Source: Candidatus Heimdallarchaeota archaeon (lineage in GTDB: Archaea > Asgardarchaeota > Heimdallarchaeia > Hodarchaeales > Hodarchaeaceae). From it: DNA of 64,000 bases. A program made the position numbers and the translations under genes. The notes beneath the pieces were generated by a model. The model ran no database searches. It saw only the letters and a program-made list of their open reading frames with translations, and was not told the DNA's origin. How positions within the stretch are numbered: the first letter of the stretch is position 1; each line of letters opens with the position of its first letter. Below, in pieces: positions 1-8,059 of this stretch. The stretch is from contig CP070695.1 in assembly GCA_020353515.1 (NCBI GenBank), positions 1,271,637 through 1,335,636 of the forward strand, written 5' to 3'.

Positions 1-1
1 T

Positions 2-1444
2 AAACTGCTCTTAGTAGCTGGAATTATCATAATAAGTATTAGCTTGCCAATTATGGGAATCATGGGAGGTGGAGAATCAGAAAAAGAAATAATAGCTGTG
101 TTCTTTGGTTCAAGTATGGATAAAAAAGTGAGTCAAGAGGTTGTGGCATCAACAGGAATATCAGCACGTTATTACAACATTTCTAAGATACAAGAGGACC
201 CATCATTTAAATTTGATAATGAGAGTATTGCAGCGATTTGGTGGATCAACGAATTACCTTTATCAATAGATTTAACCTTTGCAGGTGAAATAAATGAATG
301 GGAACAAGCAGGAAAAGGGTTATTTGTACTGAATCGTTATTTTAATAAAACACCACTCCAAGTATTGAAAAATTTCGGCATAAAAGCTTATGCACCAGTA
401 GTATATCCTATTAATGGGTCTTTCGTAAAACAAGAGTTGAATATAGTAGAAAACGAATCAATATTAACTTCAAATATCACTACTTTTGAAGTCAACTGTA
501 GCACAGCATGGGTAGAGGTTGATAATCAAATACAGATGCTGATGGAAGTTAAAAAACCTGAAATGGAACCTTTTTTGAATGATTTGACATCAGGTATTTG
601 GTTTGTAGACAGCCGTGTCATTGTAGGTAGTTTTTCGATCGAAATACCAATAGAAATTCCAGACTCCCAATTTAATTTACATGAGATAGATCAAGCCACA
701 TCAACAGAGATGATTGATATCTTAGGTCAACTTGTACAATTAACAATAAGGAGTTTACCCTCCGATAATGGTATTCAAATTCAGTTTGGAGATGTGAATC
801 AATTAACAACAATGGGTCTCGTTGTAATCGCGAGTGTTTTATCCATTCTCGTTTTGATAAAGGTAGGAGTGATATCAAAAATACGTGAAATCGTGGTGGG
901 AGGTTTATTGAGTTTATTCTTATTTTTCGCCCATATTGCTTATTCACCACAAAGACGACGAATCAATGAAACCGAACTCTTAGAAAATGAATTACGAGGC
1001 CAGATTGTACATTTCTTAACAGTGAAGGGGGAACAAGGGGCGCACTTACGGGAGATTCAAAGAGAAATAGGATGTGGGATTTCTTCCTTATTATGGCATT
1101 TACAAGCATTAGATGATTTTAATTTGATAACCCATGAGAAGATTGGAAAATATCATATTTTTTACCTTGTTGGGGCGAAGTCTGTTCAAATTTCAGAGAT
1201 AGCCTTGGCTCTCAAAAGTGATGTGGCAAAAGAATTGTGTCGTGTGCTGATAAGGAAAGGAAAACCTTTATCATTATCAAAAATCTCACAAGAAATTGAT
1301 GTTCATCACTCAAGTATTCAACATCACATTAAAAGATTAGAAGAATTAGGAATTATAATTTCGTTGAAGGAAAAGAAACGATCTAAGTATATAGTTGGCC
1401 CAAAACGTTTATCTTGGTTAAAGAGTCATTTGGAGGTGGCTTGA
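2..1444 (+). CDS. Membrane-anchored transcription regulator: extracellular N-domain, TM helices, tandem C-terminal winged HTH (5' end outside window)
   Basis: Frame is open from nt 2 (KLLLVAGIIIISISLP, signal-like). Two hydrophobic helices, then two ArsR/MarR-like HTHs (GAHLREIQREIGCGISSLLWHLQAL; LSLSKISQEIDVHHSSIQHHIKRLEELGII). Confidence 0.75.
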   Translation, partial: KLLLVAGIIIISISLPIMGIMGGGESEKEIIAVFFGSSMDKKVSQEVVASTGISARYYNISKIQEDPSFKFDNESIAAIWWINELPLSIDLTFAGEINEWEQAGKGLFVLNRYFNKTPLQVLKNFGIKAYAPVVYPINGSFVKQELNIVENESILTSNITTFEVNCSTAWVEVDNQIQMLMEVKKPEMEPFLNDLTSGIWFVDSRVIVGSFSIEIPIEIPDSQFNLHEIDQATSTEMIDILGQLVQLTIRSLPSDNGIQIQFGDVNQLTTMGLVVIASVLSILVLIKVGVISKIREIVVGGLLSLFLFFAHIAYSPQRRRINETELLENELRGQIVHFLTVKGEQGAHLREIQREIGCGISSLLWHLQALDDFNLITHEKIGKYHIFYLVGAKSVQISEIALALKSDVAKELCRVLIRKGKPLSLSKISQEIDVHHSSIQHHIKRLEELGIIISLKEKKRSKYIVGPKRLSWLKSHLEVA

Positions 1445-3076
1445 ACGAAGGATAAAGGCCTACACAGACGGAAAACATGGCTTCTGGGAATTTGTTTAGT
1501 GACAATAGCCATGGGAAGTACAATATCAGGTGTGGGAATAACAGGGTATCAGTTCAGCCAACTGGATCCATTTTTTGAGAAGAAATTGTTTGGTTTAGTA
1601 TTTGATTACAATCCTAACGCACCAATAGATCAGAATCTGTGCCTAAAAACAGATCTAATGAATCAGACACAGTATAAGAATGATGATCCAGATGGAGAGG
1701 AAGATAATATCATTGCTTTAGTAGGACATAACTCTCAAGAGATCAAATCTGCCTTTTTAGCATTACAACAGGTGAAACGGACACAAGATATCATAATTGA
1801 TACTATTGAGTGGCAAACCATAGTCCCATTTGCGAAATATTTACACCAGTTTACTCTCCCCTCTGGGGAAGAGGTCATCTTAGGACAAGACTTCCTTGGA
1901 ATGGCACTGAAGCTTAATGGAAGCGGTTTTAATCCTACAGATTATCAACTCGGATACGCTAATGTCCCGTTGGATTTTTTAGAGTTTATAGTACCAGAAA
2001 GTGGAGATTCTTCTCTTAATTTATCAGTAGAGACATCTATCACGATCCAAGAAACCACAAATGAGCTCCAAATTAATCTAATTTATTCCAACGTGACTTT
2101 TTTATTCCAAACAGATAATATTGATTTAGAAAATATTTTTGCCTTAGAATTTGCAGACCATTTAATAATAGTCCAGTTTGATAGGATCGAATTTTCCAAC
2201 ATTTTTAGAAAATATTCTCACCATGGGACTTCTGGCGTGGAGACTCTATCCGAAATTAGAATAGGAAACACTTTGAATCTGATAATTAATGAGGAGCTTC
2301 CACAAGATCAAAATTGGACCAACGCTTTTGATTATGAAATTCAAGAGGATTTTAGAGGTTTAATACCAATACAAGAGACATTCTCATTGTATCAAGGTTC
2401 AGATATTAAGAATCGTCTACAACAGTTCTCTGATATTTCATTCTCTATTATCACAGCACAAAATATTGGTGTACTGAACGGAACTCAGGCTGTAGACAAT
2501 TTTAGAGTATTGATTGATGATCAGAACAGAACTTCAAGAGAGATTGACCGTAATAGTTATCCTGTAAAAGAAGAGATTACAGTGCTTCATGATGAGCAGC
2601 TGCTATTTTCAACCCAAGTTAAAGGACGAAATTTTGCACAGCAGGATGATATTCTCTCTTTAGTTCCAATAGAAACACAAGTAATTGCATTAGATCAGCA
2701 AAGTGGGTTTGCAGAGAATCTTTTATTCCTACAAGAAACCTCTTTACTAAAAGAACTGGTTGCTGAATGTGTTAAACGATTTATAAGCAATCCAACAGTA
2801 TCTACATTAGGAACCAATGAAATTATTAACAAGGGAGGATTGGATCTTATGTCAGCACTATATTATCAAGATTTTCAACTTAAAGGATGGACTGGGTCGG
2901 GTTTTAAGATAAATTTAATTCAATACGCAGTCAAGACTCGTTCATCATCTTCTATCAATACAAAATTAAGTCAACTCACACTTAGTCCAACTGTGTCAGA
3001 ATTATTAGGGTTTCTAATTCTAGGAGTTATTATTATACGAAGAATGAGAACAAAAAGAAAGCGTAAAAATCTCTAA
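1445..3076 (+). CDS. Cell-surface protein with C-terminal TM anchor and basic tail; paralog of 3389..5086
   Basis: ORF track starts at GTG 1499, but the frame is open from 1445 (ACG, after GGAGGTG) and gives a complete signal-like N-terminus. Ends LLGFLILGVIIIRRMRTKRKRK. Start uncertain. Confidence 0.65.
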   Translation, partial: TKDKGLHRRKTWLLGICLVTIAMGSTISGVGITGYQFSQLDPFFEKKLFGLVFDYNPNAPIDQNLCLKTDLMNQTQYKNDDPDGEEDNIIALVGHNSQEIKSAFLALQQVKRTQDIIIDTIEWQTIVPFAKYLHQFTLPSGEEVILGQDFLGMALKLNGSGFNPTDYQLGYANVPLDFLEFIVPESGDSSLNLSVETSITIQETTNELQINLIYSNVTFLFQTDNIDLENIFALEFADHLIIVQFDRIEFSNIFRKYSHHGTSGVETLSEIRIGNTLNLIINEELPQDQNWTNAFDYEIQEDFRGLIPIQETFSLYQGSDIKNRLQQFSDISFSIITAQNIGVLNGTQAVDNFRVLIDDQNRTSREIDRNSYPVKEEITVLHDEQLLFSTQVKGRNFAQQDDILSLVPIETQVIALDQQSGFAENLLFLQETSLLKELVAECVKRFISNPTVSTLGTNEIINKGGLDLMSALYYQDFQLKGWTGSGFKINLIQYAVKTRSSSSINTKLSQLTLSPTVSELLGFLILGVIIIRRMRTKRKRKNL

Positions 3077-3287
3077 AAAAAGATTAATTTCACATTCTCA
3101 AATCAAAATGAAGCAATTACGATCATTACAAACAAATAAGGCTGGAATTAACATTATACACTAATTAATCTCAGGATTTCGTGAATACAAAGGTTTAAAG
3201 GGAATTAAAAATCATTTTTTACTTTTTTTGGCGGATTTTTGTTTCGCACATTTTTTTAAAGGATGATAAATGCATAGTTCTTAGGCT

Positions 3288-3347
3288 AATTTCTCGACTT
3301 TTGAGGTAACTCAGAAACTTGACTTATGAGTTTCATAGTCGAGAATT
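3288..3347 (+). promoter_or_regulatory. Stem-loop in probable long 5' UTR of the surface protein gene
   Basis: TTCTCGACT(3291-3299)/AGTCGAGAA(3337-3345) and AACTCA(3308-3313)/TGAGTT(3327-3332); TTTTAAAG TATA-like box at about 3254-3261. Confidence 0.45.
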
Positions 3348-3388
3348 CAATTAAATTCATTTAAAAGTTATTTAGGTGAAATCTAAAA

Positions 3389-5086
3389 ATGAAAAAACAA
3401 AAAATATTGATTATACAGTTGGCATTGTCTACAATTGCTATCTTAACTAGTTCGATAATTTTTTCAGCTGCTAATACAACGTCTCCTACTGAATTCATTC
3501 TCTCTCATGACTTTAGTGAAGATTATTTCTCTGAAACAATCGATGTTCCACTTAAACCATACTTCCCTGATGATAACGCCTCTGTCTTTATATCTTATGT
3601 TAATTCATCAGGTATTGAATTGTTGTACTCTGGATTAGAAAAAGTAGAAATGGATCTTTATCTCAGTGATGTTTTTTCCACTACAGCTATGGAAGCCATA
3701 AAAAATGCTGGTTTTAGTGACCAACCGATTGCAAATGTAAATGCGACATCACCCTTTCAATTTCTAATTGAACATTGGACAACAACAGAAGATGGTTCAA
3801 CTTTTTCAGAGAAATTCGTTACAAATGATTTTGTTGGAATTATTGCATACTCCACTACTCCAGAAGATAAAATCTTGGATCCTGAAGACACTATCTACGT
3901 TGGATACACACTTGCTCTCAATCAATTAACTGAAGCTCTTAACACAGTAATCACAGACCCCTCCCATGGTTATGATCCTATTCCTCGCTATGATGTTGAA
4001 ACTACCTTTGATGTTGTGAACACAAACGAAATTCATTTTGGAATCAAATATACCAATATGGTGACATTTTGGCAAAAAGTAGACGAAAGTGCTTTTGATC
4101 CACTTAAAGATGTTCCAAGCATATTATTAAGAGATGAAATAGAAAAATTAAAAGCAATGACTGCTGGATTTCACGCAGCAACAGTATTTGACTACCTAGC
4201 TTTTGACTACGAAGTAACGTGGTCCGAGGACACAAGTGGGGAACTTCCAGAAGTTACAACCGACGTTATCACCCATTACAATATTGGGGAAGTAAGTTGG
4301 TTATTCACAATGGACTCTGGAACACCAATTGACCCAGAGTACTCTGACTCGTTCAAGGAATCATTGATTTATGAAATCGATCTTCCTGGTAGTGGAATAT
4401 CCGTCCCTTATCTAGGAACAATTCCTGATAAACTATCTCATACATTTGATATCGAAGCTTATCCATTTGATGATGCACAAGCACGTATAAATGATTCGAA
4501 TGGTTTTGGTTTTGCAGTAATGACACAGACTAATTCTTATGGATTATCATTTGAAGAAACCATCTGGGATGATGGAAGTCTCACGATTTCAGCAGGAGAC
4601 GATTTTCAAACTTCTTTTGTTGGAAAAAACACCTATAAATTGAAAGGTGTTGAAGAGCTAGGTTTCAATCCTGATACGGATCGTGAAGTCACTCTTCTTG
4701 CTGAGAAGCAAGCAGATATGAGTCATGTAACTACTCCCTTGGTGAAAGGATATTTAGATATTTCTCACGGACTCTATCACGACTTTATAAAGTGGATACT
4801 GGACGTTGGATTTGGTTATACACAAACCTATGAATACAGGGTTGGCCAAGCAAATTACTTGACTCTCACTCAATTCGGTGATTGGGTAGGCGGAGAAATC
4901 ATCCACGATCCCACCTATTCCGCTGTTGCCGCTATGGCTGCTGAACCTCCAGAATCGAGCTCTACACCAGAAGAATCTAGTGAAGAACACGAAGAATCTA
5001 GTGATGGTGTTCCTGGATTCGAGATTCTCTCAGTATTGCTAGGAATTCTTCCTGTCTATGCGTTGTACCGTAAACGACGCCGATAA
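3389..5086 (+). CDS. Secreted cell-surface (S-layer-like) protein with PGF-CTERM-type sorting signal
   Basis: N-terminal signal peptide, acidic body, Glu/Ser linker, C-terminal VPGFEILSVLLGILPVYALYRKRRR (PGF + TM + basic). Confidence 0.8.
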   Translation: MKKQKILIIQLALSTIAILTSSIIFSAANTTSPTEFILSHDFSEDYFSETIDVPLKPYFPDDNASVFISYVNSSGIELLYSGLEKVEMDLYLSDVFSTTAMEAIKNAGFSDQPIANVNATSPFQFLIEHWTTTEDGSTFSEKFVTNDFVGIIAYSTTPEDKILDPEDTIYVGYTLALNQLTEALNTVITDPSHGYDPIPRYDVETTFDVVNTNEIHFGIKYTNMVTFWQKVDESAFDPLKDVPSILLRDEIEKLKAMTAGFHAATVFDYLAFDYEVTWSEDTSGELPEVTTDVITHYNIGEVSWLFTMDSGTPIDPEYSDSFKESLIYEIDLPGSGISVPYLGTIPDKLSHTFDIEAYPFDDAQARINDSNGFGFAVMTQTNSYGLSFEETIWDDGSLTISAGDDFQTSFVGKNTYKLKGVEELGFNPDTDREVTLLAEKQADMSHVTTPLVKGYLDISHGLYHDFIKWILDVGFGYTQTYEYRVGQANYLTLTQFGDWVGGEIIHDPTYSAVAAMAAEPPESSSTPEESSEEHEESSDGVPGFEILSVLLGILPVYALYRKRRR

Positions 5087-5115
5087 TCTCCCCTCTCTCT
5101 TTTTTTCCTTTTTAA
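5087..5115 (+). terminator. Pyrimidine/oligo-T archaeal terminator
   Basis: tctcccctctctctttttttcctttttaa directly after the stop codon. Confidence 0.5.
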
Positions 5116-5410
5116 TTAAATAATCTTCTTCAGAGTTTTCTTTTTTGATGCTAATACTCTTGTTGAATCGATCTTAAGGATCATAAATGGGATTATATAA
5201 AGTATAGATTTCGAACCTAGTCTGAAATTAGGCAATAAACATTCGACTAGGTGGAAAATTAATAATTTCTTTAAACTATAGAATATCTTAAAATTTATAA
5301 AAATGAACATAAGTATAATTTTTAATGTACTATTTAAAAAGGAATGAACACACTTCAATTCCGACAAAGGACCAATTAATAATAAGGTATCTCAAGTAGG
5401 ATGAACAATC

Positions 5411-8026
5411 ATGGCTTTAATAGATCCATTATTAGATCCAGTTAACCTTTTTGTCTCTTTACTTCTGACATTCTCTCCCATAATCATTCTATTCGTACCA
5501 TATCTCTTCACGCGGCGAAAGGATGAAAATTTTTTCGCTGTCATCTTTAATCGTGCTTATCTCGGGTTTATTGTGTTTTATTTGGCATACTTCATTATTC
5601 CCAGCATTTTGAACGCTATAGTACCAAATCCAACTCAGTATATGGATCAAGAATATTATCCAGTTACAGGAACAAATGAATACAGTAGCATTTGGGATTC
5701 ATCTGCTGTTGATGAGGAAACACTAAATGACTTTCTAACATTAATTGGTTTGCCAGGAATACCTTTATTAGTTAAATACATGTTCCAACATTTTGTAAAT
5801 TCAATTGTTAATTATTTATATTATCCAATCATAATTCTAGCGTTTGTTTTTGGCATTTCACCAGTTATTTCAATGATTATTTTGTTATACCAAACATGGG
5901 GTGAGAGTCGAAATGAAAAAAAGCCACTGAAACGGCTAATAAAACAAAATCAGGCTGAAATAAAACTTCTTCAAAACAAACGAAAATTAGCTAGCGAAAC
6001 TGAGATTCCAGAGATAACCCATGAAATAAATACACTTGAAAATGATGTCAATAATTTGCAACAGCAGCTAACAGAAGGACGGAGTGTCACTGAAAGATTA
6101 CAAGAAATACAATTTGAAATGGAAGTTTCACCTTTTCAGGAAATTACAAAACGGGTGAAGGAAAAGGAGTGGGGGAATGAAAGAGAATTACTGAAAGTAC
6201 TCATTGCAATCCTACCCATTACCTTATTTCTTCTGATGACAATCCTTCAACTACTAGGAGAAACTGAAAATCCAAGTTTACTACAAGGAACAGCGATGGG
6301 ACATTTTCTAGAAATATTCTTTGCTTATATTGCTTCAATAGTATTCAGTGTTTATCTTATAAAAGCAAGTCGGTTATCAAGAAAAGGTAAGTTCTTAGGA
6401 AATCAACTCTATGTTGCAATGGTTCAGAGCTTATCGACTGTAGGTGCATTTATGTCAGGACTCGCAGTTATTCTCTTTCTGGTTCAATATTTTGACCAAA
6501 TCTTTGTAGTTTCTTATTTCGTTGCATATTTTATTATGGTTTCAATATTTTTTGTACTTTTTTTGGATATTTTTGAACCTTTCTCGATTTATTTGTTGAT
6601 CAAACTCATTGAGACATTTAAAAATTTCAAATTGGCAGTTGAACGGATCAACTCTGCTAATATAGCGAAATCAGCTGTATTGGGGATAATTATTGGTTTC
6701 CTTTTAGCTATAGGTTTTCTTGTTTATCGTGTCATAGTTTCAGGATTGTTTCCTCGAAATATTGATACAGTACAATATAGTACTTTCTTTTGGTTTACTT
6801 TGAATTACGTAAGTTTTCTTTTAAGTGCAGCATTAATTCTATTTATAAGAAGATGGAATTGGAGTATTTTTACAACCACGTTGATTGCATATTTGTCAAT
6901 ATCCTCAGTCAGCCTCTTACTCTTTTTGTGGTATGATGAAGCTCTTTATAGATTAATACCATTTCTAAATTTAGATAATCCAATTTTCATCATTGACGCT
7001 GTTCCTTTAATACCGCCGTTTATCACACTTACGTCAGGGCTCGCTGGAGGAGGAGAACGGCTCCAATGGTACACAAATATCTGGAAGGAAGGTGTCTATG
7101 GTGATATACATTTTATTATTCCAGAATTACATCGGATTCCAGTAATTTGGAAAGGAGAGGGCGGCATTTTCCTTGGTCTTTTGTCCATTCCTTATAATCT
7201 CCTTCATCCTCTAGCAATAATATTGACATATGGCAGCATTCTATTTTTGGTAAGACGGAAGTTTCATATTAGAACACAGAAAAGTGATTTAGAAGGAGAA
7301 GAAAAAATTCAATACAGGTCAGTCTATTCTGATATAGGAAGACTTCCCAGTTTAAATGAACTAGAAAGGAAATCAGACATAATTTCAATCGGAGCAACTC
7401 CAGTTGATGATCCAGAAATAAACCAAAAATTAGAAGAAGCATGGGTAGAGATTGAAAGAGGGCATCAGTTACGTGATGCAATAACTGGAAAAGTAGAACC
7501 TCTTAATGAGTTAACGAGGAAAAGTGGATTAAGTACTGTGGAGATTCATCAAATCTTAGATAATCTGACCTTTGATATCGATATCCCATTCAACCAAGTT
7601 TTGACTGTCTTGCATAGAGAATTTTCGTATTCATTTGAAGAGGTAACAATAGACTCCCTTCATGTTATGATGCTGGATGGACGGGCAGTATTATCACATA
7701 CTTTTGCAACCGAATCACAGGTTGAACCAGCGTTGGTAGCTGGTCTTTTTTCCGCAATTACTTCTTTCGCGAAAGAAGCGGTACGAAGTGAACAGTTATT
7801 AAAGACAATAGATCATGGTGATGTTGTTCTAACCATTGAATATGCAAAATGGGTCTTTGCTGCGATTTTTGCAGATAGTACATCTACTGAATTACGAAGA
7901 AAACTAGGAGATTTTTTGACAAGCTTTGAGGCAAGACATGCAAAAACCCTCCCAATATGGTTAGGAGATCTTGACATATTTAAGAGCGATGTTAAAATCA
8001 TTGATGACGTTTTCTCTGCTTTATAA
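5411..8026 (+). CDS. Polytopic membrane protein with coiled-coil insert and C-terminal longin/roadblock-like domain
   Basis: Many TM helices; heptad segment at aa ~170-235; C-terminal DGRAVLSHTF...EPALVAGLFSAITSFAKE...LRRKLGDFLTSFE, typical of Asgard longin-like domains. Confidence 0.7.
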   Translation: MALIDPLLDPVNLFVSLLLTFSPIIILFVPYLFTRRKDENFFAVIFNRAYLGFIVFYLAYFIIPSILNAIVPNPTQYMDQEYYPVTGTNEYSSIWDSSAVDEETLNDFLTLIGLPGIPLLVKYMFQHFVNSIVNYLYYPIIILAFVFGISPVISMIILLYQTWGESRNEKKPLKRLIKQNQAEIKLLQNKRKLASETEIPEITHEINTLENDVNNLQQQLTEGRSVTERLQEIQFEMEVSPFQEITKRVKEKEWGNERELLKVLIAILPITLFLLMTILQLLGETENPSLLQGTAMGHFLEIFFAYIASIVFSVYLIKASRLSRKGKFLGNQLYVAMVQSLSTVGAFMSGLAVILFLVQYFDQIFVVSYFVAYFIMVSIFFVLFLDIFEPFSIYLLIKLIETFKNFKLAVERINSANIAKSAVLGIIIGFLLAIGFLVYRVIVSGLFPRNIDTVQYSTFFWFTLNYVSFLLSAALILFIRRWNWSIFTTTLIAYLSISSVSLLLFLWYDEALYRLIPFLNLDNPIFIIDAVPLIPPFITLTSGLAGGGERLQWYTNIWKEGVYGDIHFIIPELHRIPVIWKGEGGIFLGLLSIPYNLLHPLAIILTYGSILFLVRRKFHIRTQKSDLEGEEKIQYRSVYSDIGRLPSLNELERKSDIISIGATPVDDPEINQKLEEAWVEIERGHQLRDAITGKVEPLNELTRKSGLSTVEIHQILDNLTFDIDIPFNQVLTVLHREFSYSFEEVTIDSLHVMMLDGRAVLSHTFATESQVEPALVAGLFSAITSFAKEAVRSEQLLKTIDHGDVVLTIEYAKWVFAAIFADSTSTELRRKLGDFLTSFEARHAKTLPIWLGDLDIFKSDVKIIDDVFSAL

Positions 8027-8059
8027 CCCCAGATTCAAGACATTCCTTGAAATTAAACC

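Noticed and set aside
1442-1444. In-frame TGA between the regulator and the next gene, suggesting selenocysteine or readthrough fusion
   Set aside because: The downstream frame has its own SD and signal-like peptide, there is no Cys-type context and no SECIS was seen; independent initiation is simpler.
4968-5005. Direct repeat GAAGAATCTAGTGA x2
   Set aside because: Encodes the EESS linker of the surface protein; not CRISPR or a mobile-element end.
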